64,000 bases of DNA from assembly GCA_000708835.1 (NCBI GenBank), contig DF237196.1:58907-122906 (forward strand), written 5' to 3'. Positions 13,098 to 26,000 of the stretch are shown here, piece after piece. The translations under genes and the position numbers were made by a program. The notes under the pieces were generated by a model, which was not told the DNA's origin, ran no database searches, and worked only from the letters and a program-made list of their open reading frames with translations. The stretch comes from Klebsormidium nitens (taxonomy: Eukaryota > Plantae > Klebsormidiophyceae). Positions within the stretch are counted from its first letter, which is position 1; every line of letters starts with the position of its first letter.

Positions 13098-14869
13098 CCT
13101 AGCTCAAAGGCTTCCCGGAAACTACCAAAATCCAGGTATAGGTGATTTTACTAATTGAGGCTTTGCAGGGCTGGGCTTGGTCAACGTTTGTTAGAAGCTT
13201 CTGACTCGAAAATTGATGTTGGTAGTTTAACTCAGCGCCTTTTCGACCTCGGGGAATCTCTAGCGGCAATTTCAGACGGGTGTTGTGGCGTTCTGAGATG
13301 AAGGGGCGTCCATTGCGTGGTGGCGTTCGGGGTGGAGGACCACTAGGAGATGGCGGTGTTGCAAGGCACGCCAGGGCAAGGTTTATTTAAGGCAACAAGG
13401 GGTCGTTTTGTATCTCAGAGAGGCCAGCTTGTTTTACAAAGCTCAAAGGCCCAGATTGAGAAGATAAAGAGAGCATATACACAGCGGGTAGGGCCGCTTC
13501 CGTAGAGGGTTTCGAATGGTCAGCAAGGCATCCTGACTAACTGTAGTTCTCTAACCGTAGATTTCTAAATTCTAGCTTTCTGGATTTCTGTAGATGGTTT
13601 TCTCCAAGAGAAGCGTCTTCCGAATGGCGGGCTTGGACGGGCAGCCCAGCCTGGCGCACTTACCCGTAATTTGCGCTGGCGGCCTCGGACATCACCTGGG
13701 CCCGCGGGGGTCGTGAAACCAACAGGTGAGGATATTTCTGGAATTCTCATGAAGGTCTACGTGGTGCAATGCGGACTCGTTGTATATGAAAGCTATACGT
13801 TGCGTTTGCATCTTGCTGCCAGTCAGCGCGGCTCTCCGGCAACTCTTGGAATCCAAGGTCTGACTGGGTCGGTTCAATCCACGGCGAAAAGCGCTCGGAA
13901 GTTGGAGCAATGGGTGGTAACTAGGATCAATGCAGACATGTCCATACCTGGCAGAAAAACATTTACGATTTACGTGGGAGTCGGGCGTCTTGCTCGCATA
14001 CTGGCCACTTCGTTGACGTATTCGAGTCTTGCGGGGCGGGCGACTGGATTACACAGACGTGGAGGGGATATTGGGGCCTAAGATTGCGCCTAGGTAAGAC
14101 CTCTCCTGAACTTTTCGCCCGCATCATTTTATCACTTGACCATCGAGGCTTGTTCGAGGCGCCCAACTCGATCGTTTTGCAGCCGTTTTGGGCGTTGGCT
14201 TTGCACGTCTTTTCGCCGGTCCGGAAGTCATGTTACTCGTAGGTCTGGACGATTCGTGGACGCTTATGATCTCTTCCGACTTCAGGCGTCGAGTGAGCGT
14301 AGATCGAGGACTCAATTAGCTTGAAAGAGGCCAATTTTGCCACGCACGTCGCGATCGAACTAGCAAAGGTCTGGCCAAGTTTTTGCACTGCGATGCTGAC
14401 AGGCCTCGTGCTGACGTTGTAGCGTGCTCACGCGGGTTGCTCGTCGGTGGTGCAGGTGGGTACGGTCAGCTTGGGAGACCCGGCCAAGGCGGAGAGCAGC
14501 CAAGCCTGTGGCATCGGTTTCTGTACGGCAAAAAGGTGAGCGGAACCTCTGAGTAGCGGTTTCAGGAGAACTTTACGTGACATGGTTGTTATATCTTAGG
14601 CGGATCCTCGCAACAAGTGTCCCTTTCAATTGCCTTTCTCTCATTGACCAGTTTTGCGACGTTGAAAGGTTTGAGCGATGAAGAAAGGCAATCTGTTTCA
14701 CATCAACGATTCCAGTCTCAGTCCGACGACTCGCTGGCTGACAATTCGTTCTAGCTCGGACACAATGATCAGAAACGGTCAAATCTTGATACGTGAGGGA
14801 GTTTCCCGGTGTACTTCAAACCTGCCTCCGTGAGAACGAGACTTCCGAATCAAGGTATTGCGTAGCGCG

Positions 14870-15005
14870 CTGACAAATGTAGCTTCAACCTCGGAAGCCC
14901 TCACCGTTCACTCTTTGCCTTTTACAGGACTCTTGGGTCTGGTGTCAGTTGCATTTGGAGCTCAACCCCTGGAGGCCGGTCAGTCCACGTGAGCCTTGAA
15001 GCACT
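14870..15005 (+). repeat. Dispersed repeat Z1, homologous to 29733-29850
   Basis: Shared acaaatgta(g/a)cttca, cctcaccgttca, and a 30-mer ccggtcagt(c/a)cacgtgagcct(t/c)gaagcact with 2 mismatches (14976-15005 vs 29821-29850). Confidence 0.65.
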
Positions 15006-17023
15006 AAAAACAACCGCCATCCGTCTATGGGCCAGCAAGCCGGGGCCGTCGCCGCTATATTGCTATTCCACTCTTTGATTCAAGTGAACGAACACGTCTC
15101 GGTCATGCAGCTTTGGCCGCACGAGTCAGAAGGAGTTCTGTTCTATCACCCCGGATGAATAGCCTGATGCCTGTTCGCGGATACGCCAGAAATAAAGCGT
15201 GGAACGCATGGATGTCACTTGCCGGTGCATTACCTTGGACGCTTGGCACGTGGTCTTCCGGTGGTTTGAAATTCTCATCCAGCGGCTTCTTCAAATCTGC
15301 TTTCACATTTGTTACCAGTCCCGAGTCGAGACGGTACAAGGGGAACGCAGCACACGCAATCGATGACGCAGCCCTAAGTCGCGCCTTGTATAGACGGTCA
15401 TCTTGATGCATGCATAGGTATAAGGTTGAGGCCCTGTACATGATTGCCTCGCGGCGGATCTTTAAATGGCTGACACGGGCACAATTGCATTCGCTATATG
15501 TTTCCTTGTGCTCTTTGCTGACCGTCCGCTCAGCACAGACCGCGTCTCGACGTGGTGTTCTTTAACTCTACCGTCCTGCTCATGTTGCATCATGGAGGTT
15601 AATGTTGGCCACATGCATGGTCGGTACCAACACTGATGGAGTTGTCGCTCTCAGTAGCTATAATTAAGCAGAGGCACGCCTGATATTTGTATGCGCTGCT
15701 CTTTGCCCCTGAAGAAAATGTACTCGCTGCGGTACGTAGCACATGCGCGCATTTGTAATAAATTGCTCTTGGCATTGACGTAAACCTGGCAGTGGACTCT
15801 ATGCCCCGGGTCTGTACGTCACATATGCAAGATGACTGTGCATGCCATCTCAGCAGCCGATGAGTCAAGCGCTGTTCCTCCTCCTATATACGGAGTGCTA
15901 GAATGGACACACAAGGGAAGGTTTCTCAGTCCCCAGGCGTTGCAGTAATGAGTACCCGGTGACCGGTTGAAAATGACTGGCCGGATGAAGCGACGTCGTG
16001 CAGAGACAGGCCAGCAAGACTTCCGGGTATGGAAGAATGACCGAGGAGAGTCCAATATCGACATAATATAGAGACAATGAGCTTCGTGAGCCCTAGGTAC
16101 CAAACATTTTCGAAGAGTCGGGATTTCAAGGATGCGGCAGAAACGCAGACACATTTGTGCAGTCAGGATATGTTTGGCACCTCAGAAAGACACTGACGTG
16201 GCAGGCGAAGACATGCCGGCGCCCGATCGGCGCGTTCAGGCGTCCTGAGGCGCGGAGGACTGCGAGATTGGTGGGGACTCTCAGGAAAGACGTCGATGAA
16301 AATAAGGGCGCCTTGGGGAACCAAGGGAAACGATTACCGGTTGATTAAGAATGATGGCTGTCGCCTAAATGAGTGAAACTTCGTACCGCTTCTCTCCAGT
16401 CAACAGTATGAAACGGTAAGATCATGCATTCACGTTATTTAGTCGATTTTACACGGTGAAATCAAATCGCACAGCAGATTAGTGTCCAGTCTCCCGTTCG
16501 CTTGCAAGCTGATTCTTGTGTTTATTGAAAAGCCGTTAAGTATGACCGTGGCTCCTCTCACGTCATTCAAGGGCCATGAAGCAGACAGTGACCTTTACTT
16601 TGTGCAACTGCATCCTTTGATGGTAGAATTGGCCTGCAATTTAACGAAATGCACGGTTCGCACATGCTAAACGCTGATATCATCACTTCTCGTACCCTCT
16701 GTTCAGTGGGACTTCTTAACATGATCAGACCGTCCGGTGCTTCTGAAATGACCCAGATATATAATGATGTGTCTTTATACAAAGCTCGCAAAATAAGCAC
16801 TCCTGATTCCCGACCAGCCCGACGTTGTCTCGACCAGCTAGATTGCAAGGTAGAATCTGCGAGGACCAACCTAGCGCAAGGGCAGTAGTCACTTGAATCA
16901 GCGGATACTGAACCCGATAACCAACTCAGAACTTAGTTGAAGAAGCAAAGGTGCTCGCCGCACCTCCATATACTATACTGTACACCTAATACAAAGCTCA
17001 CTACGAGAGCCTTTTGATGTAGC

Positions 17024-19725
17024 CTAGAAGAGGGCTTCAGGGTTCTCGAGCCAGAAGGCATCAATGAAAGGGATGTCGCTGTCGAAGAAGAGTCCCTCTG
17101 CTTCGCCGTTGGGGACCTGCAAGGAAACTTCTGATTCAGAGTGGGGCTTTGATTGTGCACCTCCTGGACCGCGATCGAAGGGAACGACGGATAAGCATAC
17201 GGATCCAAAAAAAGCTGCAAGATGGAGGAAATAACGCCGTTTTGCGCGAAGGTTGTCTACAACGGCAGAATTGGTTTCACCGGCCCCGTCAGAAACGAAG
17301 TGTCCGTCCCTGGGGTGAAGACCACACAGCAGAAGAAGAGAACGTGACTGGTGAAGTGTCCACCATTAGATGATCCGGTAAACGCTTCACTCTGAAGAGA
17401 AGCCTCAACAACGTAAAGGTACGCGTCCCTTTCATATTCAAGTGTAGACAACTTCACCGCTGTGATACGAAGCCCTTGCAATCCCCTCCAAAAATGAGAC
17501 CTCTGCCGTGCAATTGCTTCGACACTATGATTGGATTGTTATCGAAGCATCTCGATACTGGCCGTCTGAGTCATCAACTTTTGGCGAAGCAACTTCGAAA
17601 ACGTCTGAAGTTCCTCAGGTGCAGAGCGAAGCCACGAGAGCCTTCATGGTGCTCGATCCTCCGTTTTGATCGGCTATTAATTACGGAGCAGTCCCCAAGA
17701 GTTGGTTCGGGTGGGTTATTCTACAATACAGATGCCTAGCACGGACTCGTCCCAGTACCCAGGTCGAGATCAGAACGTTACTGCAATTAGATCCGGGAGC
17801 ATTCTAAAAGCTGGCTAGACGTACAAAGACGGCGCACTTTCGAATACGCATCCCGCTTCATCAATCGGCCTCCAACTCTCAATGCCCAGGCTCGCGTTGG
17901 CAGACTCGCCTCAAAGGCCGCCAGGATGTGCGCGAAGCACGCCTCCAGGCGCGCGCGTGTGGCGGTGTTGCAGGCGGCCGTCCCGGGCAAACAGAAGTAG
18001 CCGTCGAGGAACGACTTCATCGCGGCGCACAGCTCACGGCTGGTGGCCGCCTTTCGCAGGAAGAAGTCCACAGCGTCCGGCAGTCTCTTCTGCCCTAGCT
18101 CCTGGCAGCGCTTCACGCCGAACGTCCGCTTCCACGACACCTGCGGGGAAGAAAGCGTGATGACGTCAGCGTGACAACGTCCCTCGTCGCGTTACGTTCA
18201 GGTGAAACACTCAGGTCTGCAGATAGAGCGTTGGTCTCGGAAGGTGGAAGACGTCAGCGCGTCAAGGATCCCTTCTTTGACTACCGCGTTGTAGTGGCTT
18301 CGTCCGTAGCTGGTCAAGACGAAGCGTGATAGATAATCTTTTGGCGGACTGGCTGCTTTATCGGATCCAACCAAGGTCTGTTTAGAAATCTCTGGTTTTG
18401 ATCGGCTGCAACGAAAGCCTCTATGAGAATTTGAGGACCATTGACTGTTCGTTTCGGTCCCCCAAACAGCCTTTGGTGCACCCTCAAGATTTCCTTTTCT
18501 GAGCTGCACTCAGGGTACAACATAAAATCGATTGTGTAGAAATCAGCTTTTCTAAGCGTCAACACCATCTGACATTCGAGATGAAACAATGTTACGTGGA
18601 ACGCTGTCCAAGCTACTGCTGAGAGAGATAAATGCACGAAGTAGACTCAAATGATCTGTTTAAGTTGTCAAAGTCAGCAGTTGACTTCCCTTGCGTAAGA
18701 TTTTCAATTTCGCAGGCAACACGAACCATGTCAAAATTGGGATTCCGCCGAGCTGTTTGCATTGACGTAGACAAATTAGTCATCCGGAGACCTAAAAGTC
18801 TCTCAAAAAGATCCCTTCTTGAAAGAGCTAAGTTTGGCCTCTTATGATCCAGAAAGAGTTGATACCACGGACAAATAAAGGCTCAACTCAACTGTTAGAC
18901 CTCACCTTCTCGCCCGAAGAGGGGTTGTTTCGTACGTGTTGTTTGTATCCTTTGTACAAGCCCACGACCACCGTTTGAAGGGAGCCGTTGTCACTTATCT
19001 TCTCGGTGAAGATGTCTTTGGCCATCTTGAGGCCACCCAGAGCGTTGTCGACATGTATTGGCCTGCAATGAAAACAATCTGCTACTATGCGCTTCTGATC
19101 GCATCTACAGCTGTAAGCTACAGAAGTGCTTGGTCAAAGTTTTTCAACGAACCAACTTGTTTTGCGCAAGCACGCAGGACTGCAAATAATTTGTTTCATT
19201 TGCGTAAGCTGCAAGCAGCCAGGACTGCAAGGGCACTCAGTCCTTGGCTGATCCAACAGGACTGGGATGTACATATAATCTACTTGTATCTCAGAGATTC
19301 AGATAACCGGATAAAAGAGAAAGATGAGAGTGGTTAACCTTATATCTTTATATCGGGTACGCATGATTTTAGCTCGCTATCTCTAAGATACCTTTCAAGC
19401 CGCTACAAATCAACACGAAAAGAAAATTTACTCAGCTAAGCTACGTTTATGCACCAAATGCATATGGCCGTTGGTTGACTGGGTTTTAAAAGCTGGTACC
19501 GGAATAAAGTCACTAAGATAATTTCTGGTGGCGCCAGGGGGGTGGCAGGTGGTATATATGATATCTCCAGATTGGAACTCACCCATTGTGGCTGGCTTTG
19601 GCAATCTCGTCGATGACAGCAGGGAGGTAGTTTCTGAGTTGGTCAACCTCCATCTGAAGCGCAGGCGCCAGCAGACTGTTCAATGTTGGAAGCAACTCCG
19701 TACGAGCCGCTTGGGCGCTTGCCAT
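17024..19725 (-). CDS. Orphan gene X, copy A, 207 aa, unknown function
   Basis: Exons 19725-19583, 19062-18906, 18140-17910 (GC donor) and 17116-17024. Phases 2/0/0 join to an open frame MASAQAARTELL...DAFWLENPEALF*. ATG, splice sites and stop are conserved in three copies. Confidence 0.8.
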
Positions 19726-20796
19726 GTTGTATGCTCGTTGTATGCCACACTGTTAACCCTTGAACTACGAGAATCGAAAGCGAAGTCAAGACCGATCAAA
19801 CAAGTATGAGCGGTTTGTGGCGCGCTGCTGGGCGTCTGTCCAGCTTGGCCGGGCCTGCTCCACTGAATCAGTCCACCAGATGATGCTGATCCGACAGCTA
19901 GCCAGCCAAAGATGTCGACGTATCATTGGAGGAGCTGAATCCTGAAAGGGGCCTGAAAGCTCTAGTATTAGTTTAGAGGCTGAGAATTGCCCGAGAATTG
20001 TGGTTGCCTCGAAGAACTGGAGCATCGTATTAAGCTCAGACGTCGCGTCCTGATCCCACTTCAGTCAGGCTATCATGCAATTGGCTACATATCAACGCGA
20101 CTGACGATGATAGTAAGTAGTACTGGCAACTTTCGTGTTCACGGGCGGGTGAAGCAAAACTCGGGAGTTAACGATGATCAAAGCCCCTAACCCGCCCCTA
20201 CCTTCAGATAGGAAGATAGGTAGGTATTATGCAGCACTCCATACCCAAACCCACACGAGTCGCCAAACTAACCCTACCCGTCTACCGGGCGCCTTAGTAG
20301 CACGCTCGGGCTGACGCAATCGGTTGATCGAACGGCTTTCGTCTTGCCAAATGGCGCTTGAAAGCAGCGGACGGTCAAGAATGGTGTAAAAGTGCGCGAT
20401 AGATGTCCGTGCGATGTCCTGAACGTGCACGTTGTCCGTCAGATGGAATGAAGGCATTTAGCATTTGCGATCGGACCGCGCAGAAGCAATCCCCGCCCAT
20501 CGCACGGACGTCGAGGGCTCCTGTATGATTCAAAGAATTTTATACAGAGCCACGTGGAAGAGCGTCTAGCTCTCAGTCTGATACCTAGGACCTAGGTACC
20601 TCAGGCTCGAGGTCGTGGTGGATCCCCCAGACTCCTGATCGAGGCCCCCGGCATCTTTGTAGAAGCAAGAAGGCGGTCCAACGCAATGTGAAAGCACTGT
20701 CAGATAGTAATACAGCAGCTCCGCCTAATAGAAAGCGTGAAGCCTGCTCAAACTTAGGTCGGAGAGTTCTGCACGCGCTCCTCGGCCGTCTAAAAC

Positions 20797-21280
20797 ATGG
20801 GCGTATCCTATCCTTACACCAACTATCCGAGGGTCTTTGATCATTGGGATGAAATTTGGATACAAGAAGGATCGAAAGTTAAATGGAGGCTGAGCCAGCT
20901 GAAAAGTCCCTCAGAGAAGTTGTACCGGATGGAGACGCTGGCCTTTTGGCGACTTCTGAGACGTGCTGCCCATCGCAGGCCTAATGATTTGCGGAGTGAG
21001 GAAGCAATCTGTTTGGAAATCAGAGAGCATCGGAAAGGCAGCAAGAAAAGCTGTGACAATCAGTGCTGTTCAGACCAGTGTGACCTAAGAAGCTTCTTGA
21101 GATGGCCAAAGGACATTCCACTGCATGATCCGCAGTCCTTCAAAGAATTGGGCATGGCGCACAAGGAGATTCGCGAGACTTTTGTTGACGCTGTCTATGA
21201 GTTGGAATTTGAGGACGTATCTGCTGGTCCATCGCCCTCAGTGTCCAGCATTTGGAGTCTTGGAAAGCTTGTGGAGCTTG
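20797..21280 (+). CDS. Orphan gene Y, copy A, first exon (161 codons, MGVSYPYTNYP...); 3' structure uncertain
   Basis: aaacATG start and G|GTAAGT donor are both conserved in the inverted copy at 39745-39252. The N-terminal about 58 aa are near-identical between copies. Confidence 0.6.
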
Positions 21281-22301
21281 GTAAGTTGCGGAGCTCGGAT
21301 ACACTCAGCATGTGTTGAAAAACATTGAGGAATCTGCTTGTTGGCATGAGGAGCATTCTTGCTTGCAAGAAGCGGCTATTGTACTTTGTAGTGTTAATAC
21401 TTGCAGTAAGAAGGGCATTCACAATGGGCGCAGTCTCATGGTAGAAGAAGGGATATGATATCTATCTTCCACTTATTTTCAAGGAGGTCAGCTTGAAGAG
21501 AGCCTCTGATAGCCACTATCTGATTTGTTACCCTGCTTGCCCCAGCAGAGTGCTGTGCATTTTAGGCATAAGCTCTCCCGAGGTAAAACTTAGAGATCCC
21601 GAAATTTGGCTACGCTACAGCTCATCATTGTGCACTGAGCCTGTCATGTCAAGTCATTTGGTTTCGTAAGTCAACCTCACATACAACCACTCATTGGCCA
21701 TTTTAGGAACCTGACAAATAGAGGTTCAATAGAGGTTTGTTTGTTTTCAAAATAATGTTGCATGTCAACATTTGGCCGCAGAGCATTCCGCATCTGCCGG
21801 TCTCCATGTTGAAGTGCCCCCAAGAACAGTCAGTTGGCGGGTTCACGCAAGATCTGGAACAGATACTTCGTCGTCAGTTTCCTGGGTGAGTTGTCAAAAG
21901 ACGTGAGCGAACCATTAGAAGGGTGTGTAATCAAGGGCCTCATGTAGAAGACCTGTCAGGGCTTCAATAATCGAGTCGAATAGAAAGAGCTGACTTTTGA
22001 GCAATTTTGAGACCTGACCTTGTAGCTGCAAGCGTGAGACCTCAGTTGTTGACCTCTAGCTACTACTTGAGTCTTGATTCTTTTGGATCGAGGTGTACCG
22101 CCAACATGGAATTATTTTGACATGCTACAATATGCAAACACGCAGACTTCACTTCAGTCACTTGACCTGCTTTTCACAAAGGCCACATTTTCAAGTCTTC
22201 TTGCCACAGGGATGTACTCACGAGTCCTGTCTCTGACTTGAGTTTTTCCAGCAGTGGGCGAAAGATGGGACCAGAGTCGAAGCCCCCAGACTCGTTTCCC
22301 C

Positions 22302-22373
22302 TGTTGGTGAGCACGATCCGCACGTGCAGCCCATTGTTGGTGAGCACGATCCGCAGGTGCAGCCCAATGTTGG
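22302..22373. repeat. 33-bp tandem repeat, about 2.2 copies
   Basis: tgttggtgagcacgatccgca(c/g)gtgcagccca(t/a) repeated. Confidence 0.85.
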
Positions 22374-23035
22374 CAGCCTTGGCACGCCGCCTTTACATGG
22401 TCCATAGAGTCACACGCCATTCGAGGTGAGTACAAGGACACAATCAGAAATGTAGGGTCCATGGCAATAAGCTTCGGTTTTATTCACGGTGGAGCTCTGA
22501 TTGGTAAGCAGAAGCCAATCCACATCAAGAGTCGGCAGGGCGCCTTCAGGTGTACAAGCTTTGCAGTAGAACATCGGTTTTGCGTTTTTTTTTCGCTTGT
22601 TCTAAGAGGCTCATTTAGTACAGACAATTGGACATATCCGTCAAAGTTCGCATCTTGGCGCTTGAGAAGTTGCAGGATGGAAGGGGGATGCAGGATGTCG
22701 AACCATGTTGACTGAGATACTGCGTGGAGGTACCCACAAATCCGAAAATCGAAACCAAGAATCGACACCTCCATACTTGTAACCACCTTAAATCCCCAAC
22801 TAACCCTACCGGTCCCCTGGGCACTTCCTTAATCAGCATGGTCAAGATGCTCGATACCTTTTGGACGGCTCCCTAGCTCCCAACTATAACTCACTCTCTT
22901 CGACCGCCGTCCAGCTGACCTATCATAGTTGCTTACTTGTTCGTATTTATGCTTGTCACCATCTGTATTACAGTGTATCTTGATGGAGAGATCCAAAGCT
23001 TGTTTTTGGATGGCTTCGTGTGCCCGCGCCCGCAG

Positions 23036-26000
23036 GAGGTGTATCTCATGGGCGGCTTCAACGGCTTGGAGTGCCTCAGCTCGGTGGAGCGATGCCGGCC
23101 GTCCCGGGACGAGTGGCAGGTGCTCGCGCCGATGTCGGCGAAGCGCTTGTTCGCGGCTTCGGCGGTGCTTGACAGGATGGTGTATGTGTTCGGGGGCGGG
23201 GATCGCACGGGTGAGGGTCGAAGCTTGTAACTTGGCTGTCACCGTTGTTGCAAAGTTAGCAGGGAAAAAGGGGGTAACGTTATCTGGCGACTAGGCGGTT
23301 GCGGTGCTCTAGAACCGACGTGCGTTCTTAAAAGACAGCTAGAAACGCTTTCAGATACTACTCTCGAACTTGCTGCGCCGCTTCAAGGACCCCGCTTTCA
23401 GAGTCCACGTCAAGCAGATCCCATTTCAAATAAAACGGTTCCGAGAAGCACTTACTTATTGAAAGTTTCTTTTGTGAACCAGCTTTTCGTTGTGACTTGA
23501 AAAGTCGTTATAAACTTCACAGCGGTCTCAGGCCTCTTTGGTCACCGTCTGTCAGAATACCCTTTTCTATTTACACCCACCAATAGCGGTCAATTAAACC
23601 TGCATCTTCCAACGCCCCTACGGTGCAGTCGAGCGGTACGACCGCACCAGCAACTCGTGGGCGACTCTTTCGAAGATGAAATTCAAGCGAAGCAACCTTG
23701 GGGGCGCCGCCGTGCAGGGCAAGATCTACGCCGTGGGGGGGTCCGACGGACTCTCCGTCTTTGCTGACGTGGAGATGTACGACCCCGCCGTCGACAAGTG
23801 GCTCTCCGCGCCGTCCATGCTTGACGGGGTGCGCGCCCAGCGGTCGCCTTTGCGCTTCTGAAGTCTGTAATCTGAGAACGTCCGTCTTCGTACTCCGCGC
23901 CTTTAGATTTGGCATGCTCAACACCCCTTCAATCAACGGTTGGAACATGTGTAGAAGCTAAGCCAGGGATGATAGCTAGTATGGATTCCATGAAACTCCA
24001 TTCAACTTGCCCGGGTCCTTCGAGTCCTACTGTACTGAAATTCAGACGGAAATCTAGAAGCACAGGAGGTACCGTCTCCGCCAGATGTGAGTCAACATGA
24101 ACCGGACAGTGTGCCTTGTACTTGCTATCCATCTTGCGTACGCGTACGTCGCATTGCAAAGTTGAATAATATTGTCGGACGCTTTGCTTGCAGCGCTTCA
24201 ACCTGGCGGCTGCGGAGATGCACAACTCGCTTTACGCGGTCGGAGGCTTTAATGGGCAGCAGTATCTTTCGTAAGGCGCCTGCACGCAGCTTGTACCCTG
24301 GAAGCCCGATTGGGAGATGTTAGAAACTCGTTTCTGTCGGGTTTGTGGCGGCCGGGAAGTTTGGCTGTCCCCCCCGTGCGGGATCCTGCGCCGCAGCCAT
24401 TGTGTTCAGTCAGTCTCACTGTACTTATCGTGGGCCGTTGTTTGTGTGAGACACTCCTAGTCAAGCTGTGAAGGGAAAAGCTTTCCAGACCTGAACATTT
24501 TCAGATTGACCCGCTGAATTACGCTGGCTTCTTGATTGCTTTACATGCTTGGTTGCATCGCTCTTAATGTCCATTCACAGCCCTCCAATCTCGAGCTACA
24601 TTCCTGGAGTGTCGAGTGACTACTCTGCTTCCTTGTGTAAGCACTTTTGTCAACGACTTGTATCCTATCGCCAGGACCATGGAGCGGTTTGATCCTCGCG
24701 AGGGCTACTGGGTGCGCGCTCCGTCCATGTCGACCAAGCGCGGGAGCCTGTCCGCGGCAGTGTACAACAACACCTTGTAAGCTATGCGCTTCCGCTTTCC
24801 GCTGCAGTTGCGAAGTTATGCTGACTTGACGCCTGACAACTTTCCAGGTGCTCCTGGCTGCCCTCTCCTTGCCCTTTCTAAAGCAGGATTGGAAAGATAA
24901 AAGCCCTGCTCGCTTGGTTGAAGCTTCATTGTTGCCTCTTGTCATGCGAGTGCCAGCTAGCAGGCTACGATCACTTAGTGTGGGCGTCTGGGCGGTTCGT
25001 TCGGCTATTCCGGTTGCTCTCTTCTTCAGATTCGCCTTGGGAGACTTCGACGGGAACGTGTATCTGAATACTGTGGAGTCGTACGAGCCGCGCATGAACA
25101 AGTGGAAGCTGGTGAGTGGCTAAGGGTAAATTGCCTTCACGACGTCGAGGGAGACGACTCAGATAAGGTTGGTACTTTCGTTTCAACGGCGATAGGCAGC
25201 TGAGCTTTTGACAGCCCTGCTTGAATACCCGGTGTGTCCTGTCCGTTCAACATCAATCTATCCCCGGGATCCGATTTCAGCTCTATCTCCGCGTCTTTTT
25301 AGCCTGCTTTTCAAAGAGGACACGTTCGCTTTGTTACTACGTTCAAGGAGTGCCGAGCGGGTTGTTCATATTTCGAACTGGGTTGTTCAAGGTTCAGCGG
25401 AAGCGATTTCTGGGTTCACTCTCCGTGGCTGATTCTAAGATGAAACCTGCTGTTGCTAAAAGGCAGTTGACCGATGCTGAAGCAGATGTCCGGGAAACAA
25501 GTCCTGCACTCGTGAGTCGTGTGGGTAGTCTAGGATGCGAGGAGGGCAAACTGGTTTGTAACAGGTCTTCGTGCCGGAGGGAGAATGGATCGCCATGAGC
25601 TCCCACTGGCGACCTAGGGTTTCCTTGTAAAGGCATTCCAATCACCGTCACTCAACGCGCAGCGGGTCTCTCGGAAGAGTATATTCAACTGTTGGAAGTC
25701 TTTGAATCCTATGCTGGTCCTTTCGTCGAAACGCCCCAGCCAAACATTGCTAAATCTAGGAGCTTCTATCCGCTGCTGACCAGTCGTAACTCCTTGTTGC
25801 TCTTCAGGTCCCCCCTATGCAGACGCAGCGTTCGTATGGCGCGTTAGTGATCGTGGACAACGCGCTTTACGTCATCGGCGGCCTCGACGGAGCAGAGTTT
25901 GCGGATTCGGTGAACGCTCGGCGCTCTTAACAGTGCACTTGCTTTTCCGGCTACTTAGCCTCACCAAGGGTCTTCTGGTCGGTTCACTGGACTTGCTGAT

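Larger units (their letters stand above)
1..13780 (+). repeat. Tandem segmental duplication, period about 8.3 kb (approx 1-5500 and 7900-13780)
   Basis: Collinear exons plus shared non-coding blocks, e.g. actgatgcgg(a/c)tgacgtcatcaaat at about 4662 and 12911, and ggtcgtgaaa...ggtgagg at about 5420 and 13710. Confidence 0.85.
16480..22250. repeat. X/Y cassette copy A
   Basis: Collinear homology with 34660-37990 (direct) and 38290-43650 (inverted), across exons, introns and intergenic DNA. Confidence 0.85.

Noticed and set aside
13960-14070. Possible further kinase remnant (EVAS-like peptide on the minus strand)
   Set aside because: Similarity to 48207-48327 is too short and weak to support.
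15103-15441. 112-aa minus-strand ORF (DDRLYKARLRAASS...)
   Set aside because: Protein-like, but has no paralog in the window, no motif and no convincing splice partners; left unannotated.
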